Below are positions 18,604 through 28,553 of a stretch of 64,000 nucleotides of DNA, piece by piece. A model generated the notes under the pieces. The model saw only the letters and a list, made by a program, of their open reading frames with translations, did no database searches and was not told the DNA's origin. The position numbers and the translations under genes were made by a program. Numbering within the stretch: the stretch's first letter is position 1; each line of letters starts with the position of its first letter. The stretch lies in IMG/VR virus record IMGVR_UViG_3300042393_000799; one strand, written 5' to 3'. The stretch is from a virus.

Positions 18604-19292
18604 ATAATTTTAATATTATTTCCTGCATGATAATGATCTCCTAAAAGAGACCATTTATTTGCATCTTGTTTAACCCACCAATATATATGAGCACCTTTAC
18701 CAGCACATGGCATTGTTACATCAAATCTTTCGAATTTTTCAGTCAACTGACCATTTAGTATCTCGTTTATATTAACCCATGTACCATCTAAATAATTATC
18801 ATCGACTATTACTATAGCACCTGCACCTAATTTGGCTTCAATGGCTTCGAATTCTCGCCAACCATGTAATGCACTAGGTAAAGAATCACGTAAATCCAAA
18901 TCCCATGAATCTAAATGAACAATATCTACATGCTCATCAAACCTCTTTAAAAATTGGACGGAGTCTTCAGTAAAAAATTCTACAAATTCCAAACCTAATT
19001 CTGCAAATGCTGTTTTAGATTTAGCTATTATAATAGGATCTATATCTACGACCCACATTTTACCACCAGTTACTAAAGCTATATTAGCAAAAAAAGTACC
19101 CATCATACCATCTTGCCATGATTGACTAGCTCCAGTTTCTATAATATTAATAGGACCAATAGCTTTTACTTTACCAATTATAGCGCTAACTATAGTATCA
19201 ATTTGTCTTGCTCTTTCAGGTCGACCTCCATTGGCTTCTAGACTAGTTTTATATTGATCTGCTAATCGATTTATTATCCAAAAATTATCCAT
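18585..19292 (-). CDS. putative SAM-dependent methyltransferase (Methyltransf_24/TylF-like), tentative
   Basis: IIETGASQS Gly-rich motif followed by acidic VVDID and HLDSWD blocks. Confidence 0.35.
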   Translation of the reverse strand: MDNFWIINRLADQYKTSLEANGGRPERARQIDTIVSAIIGKVKAIGPINIIETGASQSWQDGMMGTFFANIALVTGGKMWVVDIDPIIIAKSKTAFAELGLEFVEFFTEDSVQFLKRFDEHVDIVHLDSWDLDLRDSLPSALHGWREFEAIEAKLGAGAIVIVDDNYLDGTWVNINEILNGQLTEKFERFDVTMPCAGKGAHIYWWVKQDANKWSLLGDHYHAGNNIKIICQKEV

Positions 19293-22200
19293 ACAGTTCT
19301 TTATTAATTACATTTATAACTCTGTCCGATCCAATTGTTTTAGTACATTCAAATTGTCGGTGTGTACCTTTCCATAAAGGACACCAATTCCAATCACCTT
19401 TGTCAAATGTATCCCAACCCCAACAACCATGACATACTTGATGATTGTTAATATAAATGGCATCTGCAAATTCTACATAAGGATCTGTAAAGCCACTAAT
19501 AATAATTACTTTTGCTCCAAGTGCCCAAGCGAACCAACTAAGGCCAGAGCTGATTCCAATAAACAGTTCAGCTTCATTGATAGCTCCTGCTACTAATGCA
19601 AGCTCTTCTGGTAATTGTTTAACCCCTTTTAATTGACTACCTTCTTTACTAGCATGGTACACACTAATCTCTTTACTATTACACCAGTCAATGGTTTCTT
19701 GCCATCCAGTAGGATTATTCCAATACTTGGCTTGTGCGGTACTTTGGGTAGCAATGACAATGGAGCGTTTTTTTGCAGTAGACTTGATCAAGAATTCGCG
19801 CGCTAGTTGAGGTCTTTGTTCTACGTACTCAGTACCTAAGCGATCTGAGGCGATTTTCCCCAGGGGTATTTGTCTCCAGTCATATTTATGTTCAGCACGT
19901 TTCCATGGTTCTTCCATGGTGTAAAAGACTCCGAGTGTAATTAGCGCACCCTTGTTAGGCACTGACCAGTCAATGATGTCTATGCCCTTTGAGCTATACC
20001 ATGCTTTGTCAAACAGCCAGGGTTTGTGTGTCTTCACATATAATTTGCTAAGCTTATGTGTGTCTATCACTGTGTGCAGCTGTCCCATGAAGCTCAGTGT
20101 GTCTCCAAGTGATGAGCTCGCCATTTCCACTGTCAGTTCCTGGCCTTCCAGGCTCAGACGTTCTGAATGAACTAGTTGGTCATTACTGTAAACCTTAACA
20201 GTCCACTGAGTCCACCAATTTCTTGCGGGCTTGTACCAACTTCCAGCTTGCAGGTCTGTAGCGTTCCAGACTAGATCTTGGTTATCATAAAACTCGGCCC
20301 GTAATTGACCACTTCCAGTTGACTTGATCGTTAATTTCGGACCATCTTGATACTCTAATGTCCATTCAGGTTGTTTGTGTGTCGGTGGCTTTTGAGGGCC
20401 TCGTGGGGTAGTTAAACATTGTTGGTACCATTGGATATGTTGTACAGTGAAACGTTTTAGATCGTCGTCTGGGATATTTTTTCCTTGTGCCTCGGATGAT
20501 TTGAGTGTTTTGATTAATTGGTCAACATTTCCATGGAGATCATCTGTGAATGGGACAATGTAAGGTGTAAACATGTCCTTATATTGCTCTAAGTTTCTAG
20601 AGAATGTGATTAGACCATGACCGATTGCTTCACGTAGTGCGAGTGGACTACACTCCCATGTTGAGTTAAACATAAATGCGTCACATGCACTCATAAAGAC
20701 ATCAACGTCGTTTCTCTCACCCCATATAGTAACATTACTTGGCAGCTTCTTCATAATTGGTCCCCAATATTGTTCGAAGTTTTCTGCTTGATTACCCACG
20801 AAATGAAAGTGATACTTTCCAGGAAATTGAGCTTCTACAATTCTAGCAATATCAACACCTTCTGCTTGATTCTTTCCTTGTGTCCAAAGACCTACATTTA
20901 ATATGTGAGTCTTATCGATAGCTAAACCTAATTTAGCTCTTGATTTTGCTTTATCAAATGCTGAAGGTTTTTGATTTAATATAGGATATTCTACAACTGG
21001 TTTTAAACCATCTCTATTTCCAAATGTTTCTAAATGATATGGAGTACACATCATGTACATATCTGGATCATTGATCTTATTGTTTGGATCAAACCAAATA
21101 TTGTGAGATGTTTCTACAATCTTCCATTGTTTATTGTAAAGCCATTCCATTGCACTTTGATCAATTTTATTAAATCCATCAAATGATTCTGGACATTCAT
21201 CAATATGAATAATATCTGGGTTTATTTCTAAAATCTTTGCTTTTAATCTTTCACCTCGCTCAGTGATGTCTATTGAATTTAAAAATCCTAATGAATGAAA
21301 TCTAGCACCTAATTTTTCTATAAGTTGATCTCGTTGTACATTGTAAATATCACTATATTGAGTATACTCTACTAAGTGGATTTCAAAGTCTTTTACATCT
21401 AACATAGCTTCAACTCTCTTTAAGACAAATTGAGGCATGCCTCCTGTACTTAAATGTGGTGCTAGGAATAGTAATTTAGTTTTGTTTGTCATTTCTTTGG
21501 TGTTAGGTTTCATATAGACATGGTCTACTAATAAGTCATTATACAAATCTATAACTGCATCGAATGTTTTATCCACTGTAGGATGACACTCGAATGTTGG
21601 TTTATATTCTAAGCAATGCAACTGTGGAGGAATAGCTTGAATAGTTCCATGTTCAATAATATTGTATTTCATATTACTAGAACAGAAAATATCGCAACTT
21701 CCACCAATATATTTGTATTTATAATCTTGTGAACCCTTTCTATAAGGTGCTCTTAATTTTGGATCTATTGAACTACCCAATTGAATAATATTTACATCAG
21801 TAGTTCCTGCAATGTGCAATAAACCAGAATCCATAGTAACTATAGCTCTAGCTTTATGATTCATCATCCATCTTAATTCAGCTGGATCATTTGTTGGATC
21901 ATTAAGTAAGTTAACTCCGAGTTTTATATTCAAATTCATTACTGGTTTGTCTACTGAGAATGTACCAACTTCATGAGAATCTCGACCAACTGCAACTACT
22001 GGAATACCTCTATCGTTTAATCTATCAACAAGTTCTTGCCACTTATCTTGATCCCATGTTCTACTTGCCCAAGTATAAGTTGGGTGTATTATAACATAGT
22101 TTTCAAATCCAAGATTTCTTTCACGTTCAATATACAAATCCATTTCCATTTCATCTTGAGTTAAACTAAACCCTAATGAAACTGCATGAAATTGTCTAAT

Positions 22201-22488
22201 ATCCATATTAGACGATCTAAATTCTACTTGTTCACCTCTTAAATCATATGCTTTACCAACAATTGGCATAAACGTACGATAAACCTTTATATTAGGGTCA
22301 TATCTAAGAGGGTCATCCAACTTTAGTGCTTTCGACACTAGTGGATGACCCTCGAATAAGAAAGGTTTACTAGAAAATACTATAAGCTGTGACTCACACG
22401 CTTTAGCTAACTTCCTAAGTGTAGGAATTGCTGCTATCGTGTCACCTAATGCAGGCGTATCTATACATATCGCAACTTGTTTTGACAT
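19285..22488 (-). CDS. multidomain glycosyltransferase (GT9 heptosyltransferase-like N- and C-terminal domains flanking a GT4 domain)
   Basis: N-term ICIDTPALGDTIAAIPTLRKL (GT9); middle FLAPHLSTGGMPQFV and EAIGHGLI (GT4/GT1); C-term GT9-like GISSGLSWFAWALGAKVIII. Confidence 0.75.
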   Translation of the reverse strand: MSKQVAICIDTPALGDTIAAIPTLRKLAKACESQLIVFSSKPFLFEGHPLVSKALKLDDPLRYDPNIKVYRTFMPIVGKAYDLRGEQVEFRSSNMDIRQFHAVSLGFSLTQDEMEMDLYIERERNLGFENYVIIHPTYTWASRTWDQDKWQELVDRLNDRGIPVVAVGRDSHEVGTFSVDKPVMNLNIKLGVNLLNDPTNDPAELRWMMNHKARAIVTMDSGLLHIAGTTDVNIIQLGSSIDPKLRAPYRKGSQDYKYKYIGGSCDIFCSSNMKYNIIEHGTIQAIPPQLHCLEYKPTFECHPTVDKTFDAVIDLYNDLLVDHVYMKPNTKEMTNKTKLLFLAPHLSTGGMPQFVLKRVEAMLDVKDFEIHLVEYTQYSDIYNVQRDQLIEKLGARFHSLGFLNSIDITERGERLKAKILEINPDIIHIDECPESFDGFNKIDQSAMEWLYNKQWKIVETSHNIWFDPNNKINDPDMYMMCTPYHLETFGNRDGLKPVVEYPILNQKPSAFDKAKSRAKLGLAIDKTHILNVGLWTQGKNQAEGVDIARIVEAQFPGKYHFHFVGNQAENFEQYWGPIMKKLPSNVTIWGERNDVDVFMSACDAFMFNSTWECSPLALREAIGHGLITFSRNLEQYKDMFTPYIVPFTDDLHGNVDQLIKTLKSSEAQGKNIPDDDLKRFTVQHIQWYQQCLTTPRGPQKPPTHKQPEWTLEYQDGPKLTIKSTGSGQLRAEFYDNQDLVWNATDLQAGSWYKPARNWWTQWTVKVYSNDQLVHSERLSLEGQELTVEMASSSLGDTLSFMGQLHTVIDTHKLSKLYVKTHKPWLFDKAWYSSKGIDIIDWSVPNKGALITLGVFYTMEEPWKRAEHKYDWRQIPLGKIASDRLGTEYVEQRPQLAREFLIKSTAKKRSIVIATQSTAQAKYWNNPTGWQETIDWCNSKEISVYHASKEGSQLKGVKQLPEELALVAGAINEAELFIGISSGLSWFAWALGAKVIIISGFTDPYVEFADAIYINNHQVCHGCWGWDTFDKGDWNWCPLWKGTHRQFECTKTIGSDRVINVINKELYG

Positions 22489-22491
22489 GTA

Positions 22492-22881
22492 TTAGTATGA
22501 TTCATAGGATTTCTCTTCTACGAATAAAGATCCTGTTAACAAATTGATTTTTTTCTTGACATCAGATCTATCATCATTTGTGTAATACACAGATCTTGCC
22601 AATTCAATGAAGTCTTCGCCAAATGATTCTTTGCGTTCACATTCACGAATCATATCTTCAATATTCCAAAGGGTTTTATTTACATTAAATAAATCTTCGT
22701 GTAATACTGTTAATTCACGATAGTCATCAACTTCATTATAGATGTGATCTACGACAGATGAAAGTGAATCATACTCTTTTTGAATATTTGCTAATTTTTC
22801 AGGATCAGAAATCTCTTTAAGTTTGATTTCTAAAATAGTTAACTTGTCAATAATTTCTCCGTTTGATACCTCGATTTTCAT
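22492..22881 (-). CDS. hypothetical protein
   Basis: 129-aa ORF. Confidence 0.4.
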   Translation of the reverse strand: MKIEVSNGEIIDKLTILEIKLKEISDPEKLANIQKEYDSLSSVVDHIYNEVDDYRELTVLHEDLFNVNKTLWNIEDMIRECERKESFGEDFIELARSVYYTNDDRSDVKKKINLLTGSLFVEEKSYESY

Positions 22882-23087
22882 TATTTCGCTTTTTTATCAC
22901 TGAATGGTTTTGTTAATAATTCTGCTGCGGCTGCAACAAATACTGAATCTCGTACACTTAATACTCCTGCGCCTTGAGCTGCATTAGCTGCCTGAATTAA
23001 AATATTAAGAGCTTGTACATTGGTCATAGTTTTCACTTCTTCGAAAGGTGAAACTTGTGGTTTTTCTTGTGTTGTTTGTTCTGACAT
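22881..23087 (-). CDS. hypothetical small protein
   Basis: 68-aa ORF, ATGA-type overlap. Confidence 0.3.
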   Translation of the reverse strand: MSEQTTQEKPQVSPFEEVKTMTNVQALNILIQAANAAQGAGVLSVRDSVFVAAAAELLTKPFSDKKAK

Positions 23088-23145
23088 TTTTAAATAGTTT
23101 AATACTTATACCAAATTTATACTAATAGTTTATATTGAGGATTAA

Positions 23146-24066
23146 TTATAAACTCAATAGCATTGTAATTAATTCTTGTTGTGGAAATACATCTGATTTA
23201 TCCTTTCTAACTTGACCATGCGTTAATACGCCTTTGATCTTTCCTAGATTTGCATCTTCGCTATATTCAAAAGCATTAGAACTAGTTAATTTTTGAACTA
23301 CTCCTGATTTTAAATCAATATCATGTTTATCTGATAATAATAACAATAATGCTTTAGTAGCTTTGATTTGTTCTGGTGAATATTTATGGTAATATTTAAA
23401 ACCTCTGTATTCAGAATCTAATCTTGCGACTTGTGATTCATGAACTTGAGCACCGTACCATGTGTAATATTTACCATCCTTTTCTGTTAAACATCCTGCA
23501 GAACAGATTTCTATACTAATAGAACCCTTATGCATTTTTGAAGATTTGACAGCACCTAAATGATAACCCCAATATTCATCTTTGATGGCTTGTAAAATTT
23601 TACCATCCCATTCAGATTCTTTTTCTGTCAGTGTATTAATATTTGCAGTTGAAGGAATTCCACCAATAACATAATGTGTTCCTATTCTACCACGTTGGTC
23701 CTTAGCCCATTGGTCAATTGTATCTTTTGGATTATGTCTACCAGCAGTGTGATGTAAAAATATCCATTCTTTATGTGTTACTTCTTTGATATATTCGTTA
23801 TCTGGTAAAAGATGTTGTTGAATCCATGTTGCACCAGTAGTAGCATCAGTATCGGCATCTAATTCTAGTGGATTATAATTTAAAGCTTTCCATGTTAATG
23901 GACCCACTGTACCATCTGATTTTAAACCATTTGCTTTTTGGAATTTAATAACGGCAAGTCTAGTTTCATTTCCAAATTCACCGTCTATTTTTAGATCCAA
24001 AAGTTCTTGAAGTATTCCTACCAAGTTTCCAGTTTGACCTAATTTTAAAACGTATTTACTTTGCAT
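23146..24066 (-). CDS. endolysin: peptidoglycan-binding domain + N-acetylmuramoyl-L-alanine amidase (amidase_2/PGRP)
   Basis: PG_binding_1-like LAVIKFQKANGLKSDGTVGPLTWKAL; amidase_2 block IFLHHTAGRHNPKDTIDQWAKD...THYVIGG. Confidence 0.8.
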   Translation of the reverse strand: MQSKYVLKLGQTGNLVGILQELLDLKIDGEFGNETRLAVIKFQKANGLKSDGTVGPLTWKALNYNPLELDADTDATTGATWIQQHLLPDNEYIKEVTHKEWIFLHHTAGRHNPKDTIDQWAKDQRGRIGTHYVIGGIPSTANINTLTEKESEWDGKILQAIKDEYWGYHLGAVKSSKMHKGSISIEICSAGCLTEKDGKYYTWYGAQVHESQVARLDSEYRGFKYYHKYSPEQIKATKALLLLLSDKHDIDLKSGVVQKLTSSNAFEYSEDANLGKIKGVLTHGQVRKDKSDVFPQQELITMLLSL

Positions 24067-24479
24067 AACTGTTCTGTTTTTTTATGAAATTTATCTATTA
24101 ATTTATATATTTCCTTTTTACTCGAACATACATGTCTAAAAGAAAAGACTTCCTTGACATTCTCTTTCAATATTATCTTATAAGAAATTGAAAATAGTGG
24201 TCTTTGTTTATACTTATCGATCATCGATTTAACAACACCGATTTGTTGTTTTGCTTTACCACAGTATCCATGTTGGACACTAATATATGCACTTACGTCA
24301 TATAATGGATGATCTTCTAATGAAAGGAAATAGTGCATAGACTTCAATTCATTCGCTATTAAATATAACGAATGAATTGTGTTGTGATGCTCATTAATGA
24401 CTTTGAGAAAAGTTTCTTTCTCTAAGGGCTTTGAAATATAAAGATCTTCAATATTGATCTTAAGTCTATTTGTTAGCAT
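24045..24479 (-). CDS. hypothetical protein
   Basis: 144-aa ORF. Confidence 0.4.
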   Translation of the reverse strand: MLTNRLKINIEDLYISKPLEKETFLKVINEHHNTIHSLYLIANELKSMHYFLSLEDHPLYDVSAYISVQHGYCGKAKQQIGVVKSMIDKYKQRPLFSISYKIILKENVKEVFSFRHVCSSKKEIYKLIDKFHKKTEQLCKVNTF

Positions 24480-25557
24480 TTTTATTTTTTATAAAAGCTT
24501 CCATGTCTTCTTTAGCTTTTTTAGCCATGGCTTCATTCCAAAGTTGGTCTTCACTTTTAGGTTGATCTTCATTTGTTGGTAAATGCGGTGTAGACATTTT
24601 TTGTACTATTGAACCTACTGATGTTGGATTTATATTTGCATTCTCATCATCAATTTCTAATTCAAGTATGTCTAACATATTTTCTTTTTCTGGTTTTGAC
24701 TCAATTTGACCCATTGTTAAACCATCAAATTCATCATTCGGTCCATTTGTACCTATTGGTCCTTCCCACCATGGTTTTTCTTGTTCTGAAGTTCCATCAA
24801 TAATTTCTTGAATTTCATCAGGTGTCATATCTTCAACCATATCATTCATAACTAAATCAAATGCATGATCTTCGTCTTCTAATCCATCCATTAATGTTTG
24901 ATCCCAAATCTCGTCATATAAACCAAGTTCTTCATCATTTTTCATCATCTCGGCAAGAGTTTCTCTTCTATGCTCTTTAGTAAGTTGTGTTGGATCTTCA
25001 ATATCTTCAAAATATTCTTTAGAAGGTTCTTTATCAAATCCGTGAGGCATTTCCATATTTTCGCCCAATATACCATCAGTTAATGTTTCTTGTTCATCTT
25101 CTTCTGGTTTGATATAATCAATTAATGATTTAATAAATCCTAATGCAATAAGAGGTAAAATAGCACCTGAAACAAACGCAAGAATTCTTTTTTGGTAAAT
25201 AGCATCTTCTTCTATTAAATTGAATAATTGAGACCATGTTTCGTAATTACTAATATTTTTAAATGCGTAATACATATTTCCTTGCATTTGCATTAAAGTT
25301 ATGGTAATAAAGAGAGCCCAAACCAATGTCTTATTCATTTTTTTCAAAATAACTAAAGATGCTAATGATGCCGCTGCTCCAATCTCAAATCCAATTGCAA
25401 GAGTTACCGCTAACCAATATGGATTCGATAATTCAAAGAAGTCTATTACGTGAATTGTTGAAATTACTGACACTAACGCATACAGAGTTACAAATGTGCC
25501 TATTACAAAGTTTCTTACTAATTTATCTTTCATAATTTTTGTTTTTATTTGTCCCAT
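24466..25557 (-). CDS. membrane protein (4 TM N-terminal domain, long acidic C-terminal tail); lysis-associated candidate
   Basis: hydropathy of translation; adjacent to endolysin. Confidence 0.45.
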   Translation of the reverse strand: MGQIKTKIMKDKLVRNFVIGTFVTLYALVSVISTIHVIDFFELSNPYWLAVTLAIGFEIGAAASLASLVILKKMNKTLVWALFITITLMQMQGNMYYAFKNISNYETWSQLFNLIEEDAIYQKRILAFVSGAILPLIALGFIKSLIDYIKPEEDEQETLTDGILGENMEMPHGFDKEPSKEYFEDIEDPTQLTKEHRRETLAEMMKNDEELGLYDEIWDQTLMDGLEDEDHAFDLVMNDMVEDMTPDEIQEIIDGTSEQEKPWWEGPIGTNGPNDEFDGLTMGQIESKPEKENMLDILELEIDDENANINPTSVGSIVQKMSTPHLPTNEDQPKSEDQLWNEAMAKKAKEDMEAFIKNKNANK

Positions 25558-25907
25558 TTACTCAATGGACATATCGAATGTGGTGATAATGATTTTGCAG
25601 ATATATTACATCCGCATCCTTTTACTATTTCGCCTGTTGCATTATTTTTCATAGCTTTCCTTGGATCACATGAATTACCAGTTCTCATATAACATGAATT
25701 ACAGTGTATTAAACGTGCACGACTAATCTCTTTAGTCTCTTCATCTAGTAAACCGAATACATCTTTAAACCTATTACCCCATCCAGAAAGTATTTGACTA
25801 ATTTGAGACGTTTCCTCTCTTGGTGTCTCAATACTAGCCGGAGGTGGCGTAATGTTTATCTTGTTAAGATCCTCGTTGAAATTTTGTGTTTTATCTTCGG
25901 ATGCCAT
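25545..25907 (-). CDS. Cys-rich putative zinc-binding protein
   Basis: CNSCYMRTGNSCD...GCGCN...HSICP cysteine clusters. Confidence 0.4.
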   Translation of the reverse strand: MASEDKTQNFNEDLNKINITPPPASIETPREETSQISQILSGWGNRFKDVFGLLDEETKEISRARLIHCNSCYMRTGNSCDPRKAMKNNATGEIVKGCGCNISAKSLSPHSICPLSKWDK

Positions 25908-25912
25908 AATTA

Positions 25913-26197
25913 TTATTTGCTAAGTTTTTCTATTTCTTTTTCAATTACATTTTGACGTTGAACATCTAACATTTTACGATCAGTTGCTTGGATCATTCTT
26001 TTTTCAACTTTTAAACCTTCAATTTGCAATTGCTTTGCTGTTGGTAAAGTATTGATAATTTCTTGATTTGCCTTAGCTTCTTTTTTTAATTTGCTGACTT
26101 CAGAATCAATACTACATGATTTCATGTAAGTTAACAATAATAACACTAATACAATCTTTGTACCGTGATTTTCTAGGAATTGATTAAATTTGTTCAT
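25913..26197 (-). CDS. small single-TM coiled-coil protein (holin/spanin-like candidate)
   Basis: N-terminal TM IVLVLLLLTYM then coiled coil. Confidence 0.35.
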   Translation of the reverse strand: MNKFNQFLENHGTKIVLVLLLLTYMKSCSIDSEVSKLKKEAKANQEIINTLPTAKQLQIEGLKVEKRMIQATDRKMLDVQRQNVIEKEIEKLSK

Positions 26198-26212
26198 GAT
26201 TTTATGTTTTAT

Positions 26213-27304
26213 TTATATATTTGTTTTATTTATTGTGTCAATTTTTTCGATTGTCAGTGCCTTTAAGAATTCAATGAATAGTTTAATACAAGCTTCAACA
26301 TCATCTTTATGTGCCATTTCAACTGTGGTATGCATATATTTGAGTGGAGTTGCCAAGATTGCAGTTGGTGTGTTTTCCATAAAGAAAGCCATGGTATCGT
26401 TACCCATTGAACCTACTGTTAATTGAACTGGAATCTCGTTTGTTTTTGCAACCTCTCTTAACATTTTATTAATGTCTCTGTGATTTTGTGCAGTGTATTC
26501 TAAACAAGGACCTTCTCCACCTTTATTATCTCCATCTTTTGCTTTGTCAATTTTAGGTGTATTAGTATTGTGACATACATCGTGTACTAATGCAAGATCT
26601 GCTTTTAATTCTTTAGCAATTTTCTTTGCACCATGTAATCCAACTTCTTCTTGTACTGAATTGACTACATATAAATCATAAGGTAGTTTAATACTATTCT
26701 CTTTAATAGTTCTTAGTGCTTCTGCGATAATGTAACCACCAATCTTATTATCTAATGATCTTCCAACATAATAGTCCCCAATTTCTTCTAATTGTGTATC
26801 AAACGTAATTAGATTTCCAATCTCAATACCTGCTTCAATTACTGCTTCTTTGTCAGCTAATCCACAATCAACCCATAATTCATGTTGCTCATAACCCATT
26901 TCGGTGTATGAATCTCTAGTGTGAATTGCCGGCCAACCAAAAAGACCTCTAACTTTCTTACCATCATGTGTATGAATCATTACAGTTTTAGAAGGTGCAA
27001 TCATGTTATCTGAACCACCATGTCTTTTAACTCTAATCATTCCAGTTTTTTCAATATTGGTAATGATCCATGCTATTTCATCACAATGTGCTTCAATAAC
27101 TACTTTATATGGTACACCCAATCTATGTGCTAATGACGGTTGTGATCCTTTTAGTACACCATATGTGGTTCCATATGCATCTTGTTTTAAAGTATCAGCA
27201 TATGGTCTAATGTAATCTGTCCATATTTGTTGTCCTTCGCTTTCTTGTCCTACTGGACTATACGCATTTAAATAATTGTATAAGAATTTTTTGTTTGCTT
27301 TCAT
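26213..27304 (-). CDS. M42-family aminopeptidase (glutamyl aminopeptidase/CelM-like)
   Basis: motifs HCDEIAWIIT, RSLDNKIGGYII, EEVGLHGAK typical of peptidase M42. Confidence 0.7.
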   Translation of the reverse strand: MKANKKFLYNYLNAYSPVGQESEGQQIWTDYIRPYADTLKQDAYGTTYGVLKGSQPSLAHRLGVPYKVVIEAHCDEIAWIITNIEKTGMIRVKRHGGSDNMIAPSKTVMIHTHDGKKVRGLFGWPAIHTRDSYTEMGYEQHELWVDCGLADKEAVIEAGIEIGNLITFDTQLEEIGDYYVGRSLDNKIGGYIIAEALRTIKENSIKLPYDLYVVNSVQEEVGLHGAKKIAKELKADLALVHDVCHNTNTPKIDKAKDGDNKGGEGPCLEYTAQNHRDINKMLREVAKTNEIPVQLTVGSMGNDTMAFFMENTPTAILATPLKYMHTTVEMAHKDDVEACIKLFIEFLKALTIEKIDTINKTNI

Positions 27305-28062
27305 ATATTAAATTTTTCTTTAAACATTTTTCTTCTTCTCATGAATTCTTTTGAATAGAATTCTAAATCTTTTTGTGTTAATGAGAAACATTGTGGTAAA
27401 TTATCCTCTTCGTTAGCGATCCAAATTTCTGCTCCATCTGCTTTAATACCAGTTCTATCCCAATATGCAATAAAATAAGCACCTGTTTGAATGAAATAAT
27501 CTTGGATCCAATGTTCTTGTTTTGGTTTACGTGAATTTTTGTAGTCAATGATCTTAATCAAATTATCTGTCATTTCAGATATGTTATCTACTGTACCTGC
27601 CCAACCTCCGGCTTTTGTAGTCCATAAGAATGTTTCAGCTTCTAATACTTTTTTAATTCTGTCAAAATAATCTGAACTATTAAAGTAGAATTTGTAAAAG
27701 AATTTCCAAGCTTCTGCTAAGTACAATGCTCCGTTCTCATCATCACTGAATTGGTTACACTCATCATCTTCTTTTGCCAAATCTTTAAGAATAATAAGCC
27801 TTTCGTTAGCTTCGCCAGAAGTGCCCTTATATAGCTCTATAAGTCTGTGCATAATAGTACCTCTATTCATAGATAGCGTTGAAATTCGATCAGCTTCTGC
27901 TTCACCAACTTTTTGACGCCATTTGTCCAATCCAGATTGATCTTTAGTTTGACCTAAAACTGTAGTAACAGATGGTAATTTAGCTATTACTGTATCACCT
28001 TCGGTAACTTGATAAAATCTTAGACCATCTTCATGAACTCGTACTATTTTATACTGATCCAA
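27301..28062 (-). CDS. hypothetical protein (possible PD-(D/E)xK-like motif D...E..IIDYK)
   Basis: 253-aa ORF; weak nuclease-like motif only. Confidence 0.4.
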   Translation of the reverse strand: MDQYKIVRVHEDGLRFYQVTEGDTVIAKLPSVTTVLGQTKDQSGLDKWRQKVGEAEADRISTLSMNRGTIMHRLIELYKGTSGEANERLIILKDLAKEDDECNQFSDDENGALYLAEAWKFFYKFYFNSSDYFDRIKKVLEAETFLWTTKAGGWAGTVDNISEMTDNLIKIIDYKNSRKPKQEHWIQDYFIQTGAYFIAYWDRTGIKADGAEIWIANEEDNLPQCFSLTQKDLEFYSKEFMRRRKMFKEKFNI

Positions 28063-28063
28063 A

Positions 28064-28552
28064 CTATTGTAAGATTACGTGTGTAAATTTATCCCATAAT
28101 GCAACCCAAAGATCTAGATTAACAAAGATAAATTTATAAATAAGGAATAATATTAGTCCTACAAATGCAGATTTTAAAATATTACCAAGAATAGGCAATA
28201 TTGCAAGCTCATCAAAAACTGGCCATAATATAACCAAGTATGATGCTGATTGTGGTAGTTTTTGAATCTGTGGATATACCATATCTGCTAAACCAATTTG
28301 TAACATATAGTTACCATACGTTGAAATCTTATTAAGAACATAAGCTTGTTGAATTTCACCTGAAGCACCTTGTACTTCTTCTGGTAAATTAACTACGCCA
28401 TAAATTCTTCCTAACCAGTCAACTCTCAATTGAAAATCTTTATTTAATTGATCTTTATATTGATTTGCAGTTCTACGAAAGATCCACCATATTCTGACAT
28501 CTTTGGAGAGTTCTCGCCAAAAACTAAATGTACTTAAAAATGATTTCCACAT
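28064..28552 (-). CDS. hypothetical membrane protein
   Basis: 162 aa, hydrophobic segments. Confidence 0.4.
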   Translation of the reverse strand: MWKSFLSTFSFWRELSKDVRIWWIFRRTANQYKDQLNKDFQLRVDWLGRIYGVVNLPEEVQGASGEIQQAYVLNKISTYGNYMLQIGLADMVYPQIQKLPQSASYLVILWPVFDELAILPILGNILKSAFVGLILFLIYKFIFVNLDLWVALWDKFTHVILQ

Positions 28553-28553
28553 A

